Virus record (IMG/VR): IMGVR_UViG_3300025319_000005
Location: 62,001-126,000 of that record
Reading direction: 5' to 3' (one strand)
Length of the DNA: 64,000 nt
Below, in pieces: positions 30,182-39,032 of the stretch; within the stretch, counting starts at the first letter, position 1, and every line of letters starts with the position of its first letter. The notes under the pieces are model-generated. The model was given only the letters and a program-made list of their open reading frames with translations. It was not told the origin of the DNA and made no database searches. Position numbers and translations under genes: made by a program.

Positions 30182-30264
30182 AATATACGTAAAATCCAAC
30201 TCATTTCCTGTCACTAATTTTAATTATTTTCGTGACAGAATATTAGATTTATGTTTCGTATATC
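30182..30264. repeat. Nested palindromic element copy 12 (at divergence point)
   Basis: Same architecture, between divergent promoters. Confidence 0.9.
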
Positions 30265-30492
30265 TACAAGTCAAAAAAAACGTGATCTGGGACTCTGTGG
30301 ACCCCTGAAAAAACTCCTGAGCCGACATCTAAAATCCTTTGAAACGCTTGCTATCATTGAGAATTTTCTTCCAGTCAGGACCTGGATGCCTTCCGTATAA
30401 ATTTTGACTCAAGAACTCAAAACAAGTGGTAAAATCCTCCATTTGTATCCCGAAAATAATTTATTTTTATTTGTTGTATAACTCACTGAAAG

Positions 30493-30528
30493 TGTAACGC
30501 AGTAGTTTATCATTTCGTATAGTACATT
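30493..30528 (+). promoter_or_regulatory. Plus-strand copy of the TGTAAC-N17-CGTATAG motif
   Basis: tgtaac gcagtagtttatcattt cgtatagtacatt upstream of ORF 30546; further + copies at 30916-30951 and 31323-31358. Confidence 0.85.
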
Positions 30529-30545
30529 AACCAATAACAAGTACC

Positions 30546-30872
30546 ATGAATTTATTGAATGTAATTTATTCAAAAAACACCTACAAAAAAGCAATCTGTA
30601 AAGGTTGTAGCAATAAACTAATTGAAGGCAGTACAATTCTTTCGATAGTACGTACACAAGGTCGTTTTACATCGGTCAGCAACTATTGTCAAAAATGTGC
30701 AGAAAAAGAACTGCAGGATGCTTTGAATGAAGTTTTACCATTGGCACAACGAATAATAAAAATCCAAGAAACATTGGATAATGACTTAATAATGGCAAAA
30801 AAGATTGAAGGGATAGCAAAGGAAGCTATGGAAAAATATGATACCACTATGAAAAAATTGGGTAACGAGTAA
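30546..30872 (+). CDS. Zn-finger/coiled-coil protein
   Basis: CKGC...CQKC; + strand motif upstream. Confidence 0.75.
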   Translation: MNLLNVIYSKNTYKKAICKGCSNKLIEGSTILSIVRTQGRFTSVSNYCQKCAEKELQDALNEVLPLAQRIIKIQETLDNDLIMAKKIEGIAKEAMEKYDTTMKKLGNE

Positions 30873-30951
30873 TCAACATACGAAAGTTCATAACTTTAAT
30901 GAAATTTTATAAATCTGTAACATAGTTCTTTTTAAATTTGTATAGCACAAT

Positions 30952-31314
30952 ATGGAAACAAAGACATTAGATAACCTAAAAGACTTACATTCAAAATTGG
31001 AAGTTGTTTTTAAAGCCGAAAATGAAGCTATAAAGACAAAACAAAAAGATGTGTTAAGTGAACAACTTAAATTACAAGTCAATTTAATATATGACTTTGT
31101 AAAAGAAAACAACTTAATACTTGTTGAATTAAACACTGCTTGGGTGGAAAAAAATGAAGCTCGTAGAACTATATATAACCCAAAAACTTTAGAACATAAA
31201 AGTTTTAAAAATTTATCCGATAAAGACTTTGTAAACAAATTCAATAAAGGAAAAAATAATTGTTTATTTGTACATAGCACATTTTGGGGTATGGATTATA
31301 TGTTAATAATGTAG
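30952..31314 (+). CDS. hypothetical protein (likely leaderless)
   Basis: ATG directly follows + strand motif. Confidence 0.75.
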   Translation: METKTLDNLKDLHSKLEVVFKAENEAIKTKQKDVLSEQLKLQVNLIYDFVKENNLILVELNTAWVEKNEARRTIYNPKTLEHKSFKNLSDKDFVNKFNKGKNNCLFVHSTFWGMDYMLIM

Positions 31315-31576
31315 CTGTATTTTGTAACACCGGAATTTTATATTTTGTATAGTATATTAGAAACAAAAACTTAAAGCCATGATAATTTTATACTACTACT
31401 TTAATCCAAATCAAATAGAATTTCTTAACCTCAAAAACCTAAACACCATGAAACAACAACTCGCAGTAATCGCAAACAATCTTACCAAAATGGAACGTTA
31501 CGAACAAATGGAACGCATCGCGCAGAATCTACTTGATATGGAAATCGAGTAGAATAGTTTTAAACATTGTTAGAGG

Positions 31577-31606
31577 AAAAGCACGGACATCATCCGTGCT
31601 TTTTTC
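31577..31606 (+). terminator. Intrinsic terminator of plus-strand block
   Basis: aaaagcacgga-catca-tccgtgctttttt. Confidence 0.85.
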
Positions 31607-31680
31607 GTATGCAATAAATCGAGATGGCGTAATGGCACATCCGGTCGCCGGGGCTGGAAAAGTTTTATACATTATCTTTT

Positions 31681-31764
31681 GATATACGAAAGATAAAACT
31701 AAAATCCTGTCACTAATTTTAATTATATTTCGTGACAGGAAATGAATTGGATTTTACGTATATC
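31681..31764. repeat. Nested palindromic element copy 13 (arms inverted)
   Basis: Arms reverse-complemented relative to the other copies. Confidence 0.9.
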
Positions 31765-32318
31765 TATAAGGTGAGAAAAATCGGAAAAGTGGCTCCGGAT
31801 TTTTCATACCCGGTGGCGTTAGACTTAGGATTTTACATCCAAAGAAATTCATCAATATCTCCACCCTTAATCAACGTCTTATTTAAGTAGGCAATCCACA
31901 AGTTCCTTAATTAAGGTCTTAATCGGTATATAACGCCTTAATTGACTATTTAAGGGCTTATTTAGCCCGTATCGATATTTAGCTCTAAAAACCCCTATTC
32001 TGGGCGTGGAAAGGGAGGCTCAAAAATTATGGAGCCAACTTTTAAAAATGGATTTATCAAACCATCCGAATTAGCACCGGAGTAAAATCCTACAATCCTG
32101 CTTCCATATATATAATACCTGTTGCTCGATTATATGCAAGAACATATAATAATGCCTAAAATACACCATTTTTAACTTTTTATATGCATTGGCATATACA
32201 CATTAAATTTTCGAACTGGCAATTTCCAAAAAAATAACCAATTTCGCCCTTTCAAAAAATTTCCAGCCAAAAAATTTTTTCAAAATATTAAGACCTATTT
32301 ATATCAAAACTTATTTCC

Positions 32319-32852
32319 ATGAAAACAAAGATGACCATCACCGAATTAAAACAATATGTAAATTCAGAAGCAAAAAGGATTATAAAGGAGCAAAAGCTTA
32401 ACAAAGAAAAATCCAGGATAATTAGTGAAATATCCAAATTAGATGAGACAGAAGAAACCTTTAAGTCCTATAAATTTAAAGTAAAACACGATAAAGGATT
32501 TACAACAATAAGCACGACTGGTTCAAGTGAAGAAGTTGCAAAGAAAAAAATAGCAAAATCAGAAGGTTGTCCGGAAAGTGCAATTACTTTAATGAATAAA
32601 AAATTGAATGAAATGAGCACATCTTCTGAATTAGATGGAACTTTCAATAAAAGTGCAGACTCAGTAAGAAGAAAAGATAAAACTTGGTCAGATGGAAATT
32701 TAACTTATGATTTTAATGAAAGCAATGAATTTGACAGATTAAAATGTAGGAACTGTGGTGGAACAACTTTTGAAGTATTACACACTGACGATTGGCAAAC
32801 ATCAGCAAAATGTAATAATTGCGGTATGTATTACATAGTTCACAGTGGATAA
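32319..32852 (+). CDS. hypothetical protein with C-terminal Zn ribbon
   Basis: CRNC...CNNC; TATTTATA upstream. Confidence 0.75.
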   Translation: MKTKMTITELKQYVNSEAKRIIKEQKLNKEKSRIISEISKLDETEETFKSYKFKVKHDKGFTTISTTGSSEEVAKKKIAKSEGCPESAITLMNKKLNEMSTSSELDGTFNKSADSVRRKDKTWSDGNLTYDFNESNEFDRLKCRNCGGTTFEVLHTDDWQTSAKCNNCGMYYIVHSG

Positions 32853-32861
32853 TCAAAGCAA

Positions 32862-33701
32862 ATGAATTCCCTTTCAGAAAATATTATCCGGACCCAAATC
32901 CGTAAAATCCTGTTAAAAGAAGAATTTTTAAAAGAAGTTTTTTTAAAAGAGCTTACCGGTAAATTCAAGGACGAAGTAGAAATCATCTATCGTGATAAAA
33001 ACATTGTGTGTTTGATTCCAAAAAGTCAAATGACTTCTTACATATATGGAAACAAAGCTAATTGGTGTCAAAAAGAGAAGAATGGATTTGAGGGGTGGTC
33101 AAAAGCCGGTTTACTAATTAGGTTTTTATTTAAAGAAGGAGGAAGGAAAATCAGGTTTACGTATTTTACGGGTCAAAATGAATCGAGAGGATTTTACTGG
33201 GCAAATGAATCTGGCCATCATATTTTATCAGAAGAAGGAAAAGGTAAAAATCCATTTGAGGCATCTTCCAAGAATAAAACTCTATGGCCAAACGAAATAG
33301 ACACATTAAATTTAATAAATCAAATACCAGAAGAATGTAAACAAAAAGTTTTAGAGTTTATAGAAAAGCATAAAGAAGCGTATGAATATTGTTATAAAGA
33401 TACTGAGTACAAGCCTGTAGGTTTAAAAGCAAAAATGGATGAGTTTGAAAGTATATATAATTATTACATAGATGCGTTTCATGCCATACATGAGCATAAT
33501 CAAAACATTATTATTTCAATACACTTTGATAAATCGACAAAAGAATTTACTATAAATCATTCAAACGAATATGGAATAAAAATTAATTACCTTGTACAAA
33601 ACGAACGTTTTAAAGACTCTAAATCTTTTGAGAAAAGGATTAAAGAATTGATAGTCATGTATCGAAAACAATTCAACATTTTTTCTTCTCCGGAAAAATA
33701 A
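32862..33701 (+). CDS. phage protein, distant paralog of 61213-62778
   Basis: IPKS...S-x-x-YG-x-x-A-x-WC motif. Confidence 0.65.
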   Translation: MNSLSENIIRTQIRKILLKEEFLKEVFLKELTGKFKDEVEIIYRDKNIVCLIPKSQMTSYIYGNKANWCQKEKNGFEGWSKAGLLIRFLFKEGGRKIRFTYFTGQNESRGFYWANESGHHILSEEGKGKNPFEASSKNKTLWPNEIDTLNLINQIPEECKQKVLEFIEKHKEAYEYCYKDTEYKPVGLKAKMDEFESIYNYYIDAFHAIHEHNQNIIISIHFDKSTKEFTINHSNEYGIKINYLVQNERFKDSKSFEKRIKELIVMYRKQFNIFSSPEK

Positions 33702-33872
33702 ACATCATCATCATTTTATTACAACATTTTTCGTATCTTCGCCTCATGAAACAAATACAAATTTCATGACCCATACAAATCTTATAACTGAAAATACAGA
33801 TTTTATGACCGGAGATATAATTTCTGTTTTTCGTATGGAAGAAAATTTCAAAGAAAAAGGAGAAAACTACTA

Positions 33873-34142
33873 ATGGAAAGCTTTTCAATAGGAGATACGG
33901 TTAGTATGAGAAGGAATGGGAATTCTATAGGAGCTGGTTATTATATAAAACCAATTTGTATTGATGGATTTATTACAAATAATAGAGTGTTTCATAGAAA
34001 TCAAGTTATTTACCAGATATTAGTAAATAAAGGCGAAACTCATCACATTGATACAAGATACAAATATGAAGCAGAATTATATACTTGCCGGTTAGTTTTG
34101 ACTGAAAAGATTAAATTTAAGATTAAAGAAGAAATGAGATGA
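33873..34142 (+). CDS. GDT...TCRxVLxEK family paralog
   Basis: FSIGDTV...YTCRLVLTEK. Confidence 0.8.
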   Translation: MESFSIGDTVSMRRNGNSIGAGYYIKPICIDGFITNNRVFHRNQVIYQILVNKGETHHIDTRYKYEAELYTCRLVLTEKIKFKIKEEMR

Positions 34143-34402
34143 AAGAGATTCTTGAAAATACATTCACGGAAAACATTGGGAACCAGGAATATCATTTTTT
34201 TGATACAGTACGTTGCGTTTCCATAACGGGTCATGTATTCGACGGATTATTATTTGAAGTTGGAAACTCTTGTTTTATTAAAGTACTTTACAATGAGTGG
34301 TTATATGAATTTAGATACAAAACTGTTAACCCATTAAGAAAAGTCCTAATAGAAAAGGTGGAAAAGATGATTTATTTAAATTTTGAATTCTCAAATAAAT
34401 GA
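34139..34402 (+). CDS. RxVLxEK-motif protein
   Basis: FFDTV...LRKVLIEK. Confidence 0.7.
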   Translation: MKEILENTFTENIGNQEYHFFDTVRCVSITGHVFDGLLFEVGNSCFIKVLYNEWLYEFRYKTVNPLRKVLIEKVEKMIYLNFEFSNK

Positions 34403-34749
34403 TAGATTGGATAAATATAAATTGTGATAAACTAATCGAAAAACCAAGTTCAGAAGAACTCAAGCGTTATATTAGAAGATTTCGATTTATTAACTTTATG
34501 CGAGGTGATACTGTTCATATTTATTCTTTAGATTCCAATCGCGAAAGTCTTGTTAAGGGTTTTTATCGAAATAGAGAAGATTATGGTGTTGCGGATTATT
34601 CTCCAAATTCTATTTTTGAGATAATTAAAAACAATGGTCAAATAATAGTTGGTACGATTGGTATTGACAATATAAACAGGAAAATAAATACCTGCAGGCT
34701 CGTATTAACTGAAAAAATAATTGAGTCAGATAAAACGATTTGGTATTAA
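34399..34749 (+). CDS. GDT...TCRxVLxEK family paralog
   Basis: FMRGDTV...NTCRLVLTEK. Confidence 0.8.
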   Translation: MIDWININCDKLIEKPSSEELKRYIRRFRFINFMRGDTVHIYSLDSNRESLVKGFYRNREDYGVADYSPNSIFEIIKNNGQIIVGTIGIDNINRKINTCRLVLTEKIIESDKTIWY

Positions 34750-34790
34750 ATTCCTCAAAAAACAATTAAACTCAAATAAAATATAAAACA

Positions 34791-35240
34791 ATGTTAGAAT
34801 TAGAAAAAATAACAGAAGCAATTATTAACATAGAAGATGGTGTTATTAATATTACAATTGGAAATATAAACAAGACTCATGATGACTTTCATGACAGAGT
34901 TCGTATTAATATAGTAGAAAACGAGATATTAATTTCGGGACATAAACTTGAATGTAAAAAGATTTATGGTCACGTTACTGAATTAAATAAAGAATTTGAA
35001 ATATATAGAAAAAAACTTATTGGATTTGAAGAAGATATAATAGAAAGTAAATTTTTATCTTGGTATGAATGTTTAACTATATCAGAATTTAAAAAAATCT
35101 TCTCTTGGAAAAAATTACGTTTTAATAAATTCAAAATGATTAAAAACGGTTATTACACAACAAAATACATCTATAAACCAGAATTTTGGACACAGAAAGA
35201 ATATAGGGCAAACAATTGGGTTATTACAGAATATAAATAA
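34791..35240 (+). CDS. hypothetical protein
   Basis: ORF track. Confidence 0.7.
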   Translation: MLELEKITEAIINIEDGVINITIGNINKTHDDFHDRVRINIVENEILISGHKLECKKIYGHVTELNKEFEIYRKKLIGFEEDIIESKFLSWYECLTISEFKKIFSWKKLRFNKFKMIKNGYYTTKYIYKPEFWTQKEYRANNWVITEYK

Positions 35241-35245
35241 TACTA

Positions 35246-35506
35246 ATGACTGAAAAAACAATATTTCACAAAGGAGACACAATAGAAATGCGTTCTGAGG
35301 GATATAGAGTCAGGTACAAATCAATTATCTCTTCTGAGCTCGATTTTAAATTCGTTAGCGCATTTTGCACTAGGATGGTTTTGACTGAAAACATGTTTAT
35401 TTCAATTAAGCTATATTTGTACACAAAAGATAAGATAATATGGAAGATTTTTTACGCGAACAGAAAGAAGAATATAAACAAGGTGATACGGTTAGTTACT
35501 ATTTGA
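35246..35506 (+). CDS. GDT family paralog (3' end possibly frameshifted)
   Basis: FHKGDTI...CTRMVLTEN; overlaps next ORF by 67 bp. Confidence 0.6.
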   Translation: MTEKTIFHKGDTIEMRSEGYRVRYKSIISSELDFKFVSAFCTRMVLTENMFISIKLYLYTKDKIIWKIFYANRKKNINKVIRLVTI

Positions 35507-35703
35507 AAGACGTTAATAGACATGTAAAACTATTTTTTAAAAGCGTAGAAACAAAGGTTAAATACGACATCATAGAGACTCTTTCGATGAAGAAAAAGAG
35601 ATTTTCATTTCCAATAAGAAATTACTCTTTAGTTTTGTGCACCTGCAGGACTGTTTTAACTGAAAAAACTATAAACTGGGATATTGAAATTGAATCAAAT
35701 TAA
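35440..35703 (+). CDS. GDT...TCRxVLxEK family paralog
   Basis: YKQGDTV...CTCRTVLTEK. Confidence 0.8.
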   Translation: MEDFLREQKEEYKQGDTVSYYLKDVNRHVKLFFKSVETKVKYDIIETLSMKKKRFSFPIRNYSLVLCTCRTVLTEKTINWDIEIESN

Positions 35704-35705
35704 GT

Positions 35706-35981
35706 ATGGAAGAATTTTTAAAAGGTGATACGATTGAATTGATAAATCCTTACTGGCGCTCAAAGCGTTTTATAGTTTCTACTGAAGTATATCACACTTT
35801 GACAAAAGACATGAAAACAATTAAAGAAACGAAATATACTATTGTATCACTAAATCTCTATAACCAAATAAGAACTAATTACGTTTCAAACCTTTATAAC
35901 ACTTTAAAAATCTTAACTTGCCGGATGGTATTAACTGAAAAAAGAAATAAAAAATTAAATTTATACTTTGACTTTGAATGA
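35706..35981 (+). CDS. GDT...TCRxVLxEK family paralog
   Basis: FLKGDTI...LTCRMVLTEK. Confidence 0.8.
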   Translation: MEEFLKGDTIELINPYWRSKRFIVSTEVYHTLTKDMKTIKETKYTIVSLNLYNQIRTNYVSNLYNTLKILTCRMVLTEKRNKKLNLYFDFE

Positions 35982-36250
35982 AAGATTTTAAATTAGGTGA
36001 TACAGTTGATATAATTAATTTTGGTACAAATAAAACTGAAGAACGAAGTTTGAAAACTTTTTTATGTGGATGCGACAAATATAAGAGTATTAATTCAAAA
36101 GGTACTGTGCATGAAAATTATTATTTTTACGCATTTGATAATCAAAATGTATTGCGTGAGTATTATGCTGGAGATTCTTATCCATATATGAGGATTTATA
36201 CCTGTAGGATGGTTCTATTTGAAAAACAAAATAAATATTTAATTTTATAA
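35978..36250 (+). CDS. GDT...TCRxVLxEK family paralog
   Basis: FKLGDTV...YTCRMVLFEK. Confidence 0.8.
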   Translation: MKDFKLGDTVDIINFGTNKTEERSLKTFLCGCDKYKSINSKGTVHENYYFYAFDNQNVLREYYAGDSYPYMRIYTCRMVLFEKQNKYLIL

Positions 36251-36504
36251 TGGAAGAGATAGAGTTTGAATTAGGAGATACGATTGCTTTTATTTCCCAG
36301 CATGGATATAACAAAAAAGGGTTTATAATATTTAAAAATTCATGGTTTTATAACAAAGATTGTTTCACCTATAGATTAATTGAATATAGCGGCAGAAGAT
36401 ATCAAGTAGATAGAGGTTGTGGATTTGAAAGCACAATGCGTACTTGCCGGATGGTTTTGTTTGAAAAGACGCATAAATGTTTGAGGAAACGCATAATTAT
36501 ATAA
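36250..36504 (+). CDS. GDT...TCRxVLxEK family paralog
   Basis: FELGDTI...RTCRMVLFEK. Confidence 0.8.
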   Translation: MEEIEFELGDTIAFISQHGYNKKGFIIFKNSWFYNKDCFTYRLIEYSGRRYQVDRGCGFESTMRTCRMVLFEKTHKCLRKRIII

Positions 36505-36514
36505 AGAAATTACA

Positions 36515-36751
36515 ATGGAAGAAATTTTATTTTTAGAAGGAGATACTATTAATTTAAAAAATAGTGATGTAAAAGGGTTTTTGTTTAAGATTCTTGATTG
36601 GATTCTTATTAATTCATATGATGATGAAACACCTTACAAAACAATAATAATTGAAAATTGTAAAGAAGAAAGAGGATTTTACATTGTGAAAAAAAAAGAT
36701 TTAAGTTTATATACCTGCAGGATGGTTTTGATTGAGAAAAATAAACTGTGA
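36515..36751 (+). CDS. GDT...TCRxVLxEK family paralog
   Basis: FLEGDTI...YTCRMVLIEK. Confidence 0.8.
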   Translation: MEEILFLEGDTINLKNSDVKGFLFKILDWILINSYDDETPYKTIIIENCKEERGFYIVKKKDLSLYTCRMVLIEKNKL

Positions 36752-36764
36752 TTAAATGAAAACA

Positions 36765-36796
36765 AAAGGCAAGTGATAATTTACCACTTGCCTTCC
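36765..36796. terminator. Terminator hairpin between convergent operons
   Basis: aaggcaagtg...cacttgcctt. Confidence 0.7.
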
Positions 36797-36815
36797 GGTT
36801 TAATAAAAAATAAAT

Positions 36816-36995
36816 TTATTGGTCATTTTCTGAATTAGAATCTTTGCTCCATTGCAATAAAAATCCTATTCCGAAGAACAATACGGTAATCCAACTAAGT
36901 ACAGTACAAAAAAATGATGCATTATCATCAGTATTTTTCCTGGTTATTACATAAGCTATTATAGCTCCTATCAAATATATTATAAAAATCGTCAT
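36816..36995 (-). CDS. small membrane protein
   Basis: Two hydrophobic helices; start reassigned. Confidence 0.65.
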   Translation of the reverse strand: MTIFIIYLIGAIIAYVITRKNTDDNASFFCTVLSWITVLFFGIGFLLQWSKDSNSENDQ

Positions 36996-37008
36996 TATAT
37001 TTATTGTT

Positions 37009-37752
37009 TTAAATTTTTTCTTTTTCTTCTCCGTTGTCAGATAGTAAAGTATCACTAAAATTAGAATCCATTGTTGCAAATGATGCACTTCTCATACGTT
37101 TTACTGAGCTACTCATATTCATATAAGCCACATTAACTCCTCTTAAAGTATTAGAATAAGACATTGTATTTCCTGCAGAAACACCCATTCCTCCACCGGC
37201 TTGCATTGTATCTATATTGGCTCCAATGAATAAAAACGCCCATTTGTCATCATCTTTTCTTTTTTGAATTAAATCAAAAACAGATTTTTGGGTATATTCC
37301 TTACTGGAATTTTCCTGACCATCGGTCATGATAAGGAAAATCACTTTATCAGATTTATCTTTAGAATCTTTCCATTTAGTATAAACAGAGTCAATAGTTG
37401 CGCCAATGGCATCAAACATGGCGGTCATTCCTCTTGGAACAAATGTATCTTTATTTAATTCCGGAACATCTTTAATGTCGAGTCTTTCATGAATGATTTC
37501 ATATGTCTTACCATCAACAGCTCCATAACTGGAACCGCCATCAAATAAGCATAATGTTAATTTTGCTTTACCGGTAGATTTTTTTTGATCTGCAAGGAAA
37601 GAGTTAAATCCTTCGATTGTTTTTTCTGTTAGTCCGGAAGTTCTAATAGAAGTTGAGCGGTCAAGAACACAAATAATGTCTGTAGTTTCGTCTGTTGCTT
37701 TTGTGGTTTTCTTCTTACTTGTTTTTTCTTTTTTTGCTTTAGTTTTTGCCAT
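37009..37752 (-). CDS. von Willebrand factor A domain protein
   Basis: MIDAS VLDRSTS, T-A-M-F-DAIG, IMTDGQENSS, FLFIGAN. Confidence 0.9.
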   Translation of the reverse strand: MAKTKAKKEKTSKKKTTKATDETTDIICVLDRSTSIRTSGLTEKTIEGFNSFLADQKKSTGKAKLTLCLFDGGSSYGAVDGKTYEIIHERLDIKDVPELNKDTFVPRGMTAMFDAIGATIDSVYTKWKDSKDKSDKVIFLIMTDGQENSSKEYTQKSVFDLIQKRKDDDKWAFLFIGANIDTMQAGGGMGVSAGNTMSYSNTLRGVNVAYMNMSSSVKRMRSASFATMDSNFSDTLLSDNGEEKEKI

Positions 37753-37826
37753 TGTTATTTTGTTTTTAATTGGTTAATTGCAAATATAATATATTTTCTT
37801 AAAAAATGAAATAGTTATTGTTTCAT

Positions 37827-38093
37827 TTAAAAATGTTTGTTTAAAAGTTGAAATAAATTTTCTTTTTCTTGAGAATTGTCTAAGCGATTAACTTCTGAAA
37901 ATATTTCATTTCTTACGGTTTTTTCCTTTATTTTATTGTTCAGTTCCAATAAAGAAGTCTCATCTATAATAGAATTTGAAATGGTTGATAAATCGCTTAA
38001 ATATTTATCAAAAGAAACATTTTCATATCCACTAGGTTCCATTTTAGCGATAAGTTCATTTACTAATTTTAGTGTTGTTGTCATATTTTTCAC
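37827..38093 (-). CDS. hypothetical protein
   Basis: Operon. Confidence 0.6.
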   Translation of the reverse strand: MKNMTTTLKLVNELIAKMEPSGYENVSFDKYLSDLSTISNSIIDETSLLELNNKIKEKTVRNEIFSEVNRLDNSQEKENLFQLLNKHF

Positions 38094-38323
38094 ATTTTTC
38101 TTTTTCCTCTGTTTGGTCCGCTTGCGTAATAATCATCTTCGTCATCGTCATATGTAGCTATTTTTTTAACTTCATATAAACAAGTAATAAATAAAAATGG
38201 AGCCAATATCCACCACCATGCACTTGAATAGATTGCGTCATTTATACAGACTCCGGTAGCTAAACCAGTTATGATAGCCCAAATAATATTCCAGAGCATA
38301 GAGCGTTTATTGATTGTTGTCAT
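38090..38323 (-). CDS. membrane protein
   Basis: Two hydrophobic segments. Confidence 0.7.
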   Translation of the reverse strand: MTTINKRSMLWNIIWAIITGLATGVCINDAIYSSAWWWILAPFLFITCLYEVKKIATYDDDEDDYYASGPNRGKRKM

Positions 38324-38326
38324 TGT

Positions 38327-38590
38327 CTAATCTATTAATTTATCTTGTTTAGTTTTTCTCACTCTTACAGAACTCGGAATATTAACATCAGTTTGAACGC
38401 CACATTCACAGCATTCGAATGTAGTATATATTTCACGTCCTCCACCATAATCTTCGTTATATGTATTATAAAAATCTCCTTCTTCAACCAACAAAATAGA
38501 ACCACATCCGCCTTCTCCATTTCCTTTACCGGTACATTCAATTTCTTTAACCCAACCTTTTTGTGCTCTTCCTTTTTTTATTGTTTTCAT
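38327..38590 (-). CDS. Zn-ribbon protein
   Basis: CTGKGNGEGGCG...CCECG. Confidence 0.7.
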   Translation of the reverse strand: MKTIKKGRAQKGWVKEIECTGKGNGEGGCGSILLVEEGDFYNTYNEDYGGGREIYTTFECCECGVQTDVNIPSSVRVRKTKQDKLID

Positions 38591-38931
38591 TGTTGTTTTT
38601 TTTGAGTTGAAATTATCTGGGATAATATATTTCTACTTACTTCTGCTTTAAATTCAAGATGCACAACATAAGCAGTAATTCTATCTAACAAATAAGCGTT
38701 GAGCAATTTATCTTGCAATATGTTAGAATCAGATACTGGATAAGCGTCATGAATTGTAAATTCCTCTTTATGAATATAATAAAACTGTTTAATATTTTTA
38801 CTATCAGGTTTATTTGTCCTAAGAACTTTGGTACCGCCATCTCTTACAATGTCAATTAATTCGATGTGAAATAATTCTCCGGATGATTTTATATATTCTA
38901 AAATTAGAGCTTCTGAAGTTTCTTTGTTCAT
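38587..38931 (-). CDS. hypothetical protein
   Basis: TACATTTG promoter upstream. Confidence 0.7.
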   Translation of the reverse strand: MNKETSEALILEYIKSSGELFHIELIDIVRDGGTKVLRTNKPDSKNIKQFYYIHKEEFTIHDAYPVSDSNILQDKLLNAYLLDRITAYVVHLEFKAEVSRNILSQIISTQKKQQ

Positions 38932-39032
38932 TTATTATTTTACGTTAGATGACTACAAATGTAAAACATGTTTTTTATATATTCAAGAAATCTGGATATT
39001 ATTTTGAAAAAAAATTTTAATTTCTCACATCC

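Larger units (their letters stand above)
1..31800. other. Modular array of short, individually promoted ORFs (putative early/host-takeover region)
   Basis: ~65 short ORFs, almost all on minus strand until ~30.1 kb; ~50 copies of one promoter-like motif; 13 palindromic spacers, most with adjacent terminators. Confidence 0.85.

Noticed and set aside
1102-30217. Plus-strand ORFs opposite array genes (e.g. 1102, 3031, 5079, 12346, 29921) and ORFs over palindromes (10482, 15889, 25036)
   Set aside because: Antisense shadows or translations of repeat DNA; no promoter motif and atypical composition
437-31358. CRISPR array interpretation of the 36-bp motif
   Set aside because: Copies are separated by whole genes (200-1500 bp), the middle 17 bp vary, and no cas genes are present
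437-31764. Classical integron with attC sites
   Set aside because: No integrase in window; motif lacks GTTRRRY and the paired R/L box hairpin; only the stop-in-site analogy holds
33873-36751. Diversity-generating retroelement targets
   Set aside because: No reverse transcriptase and no TR/VR pair differing only at adenines; paralogs diverge throughout
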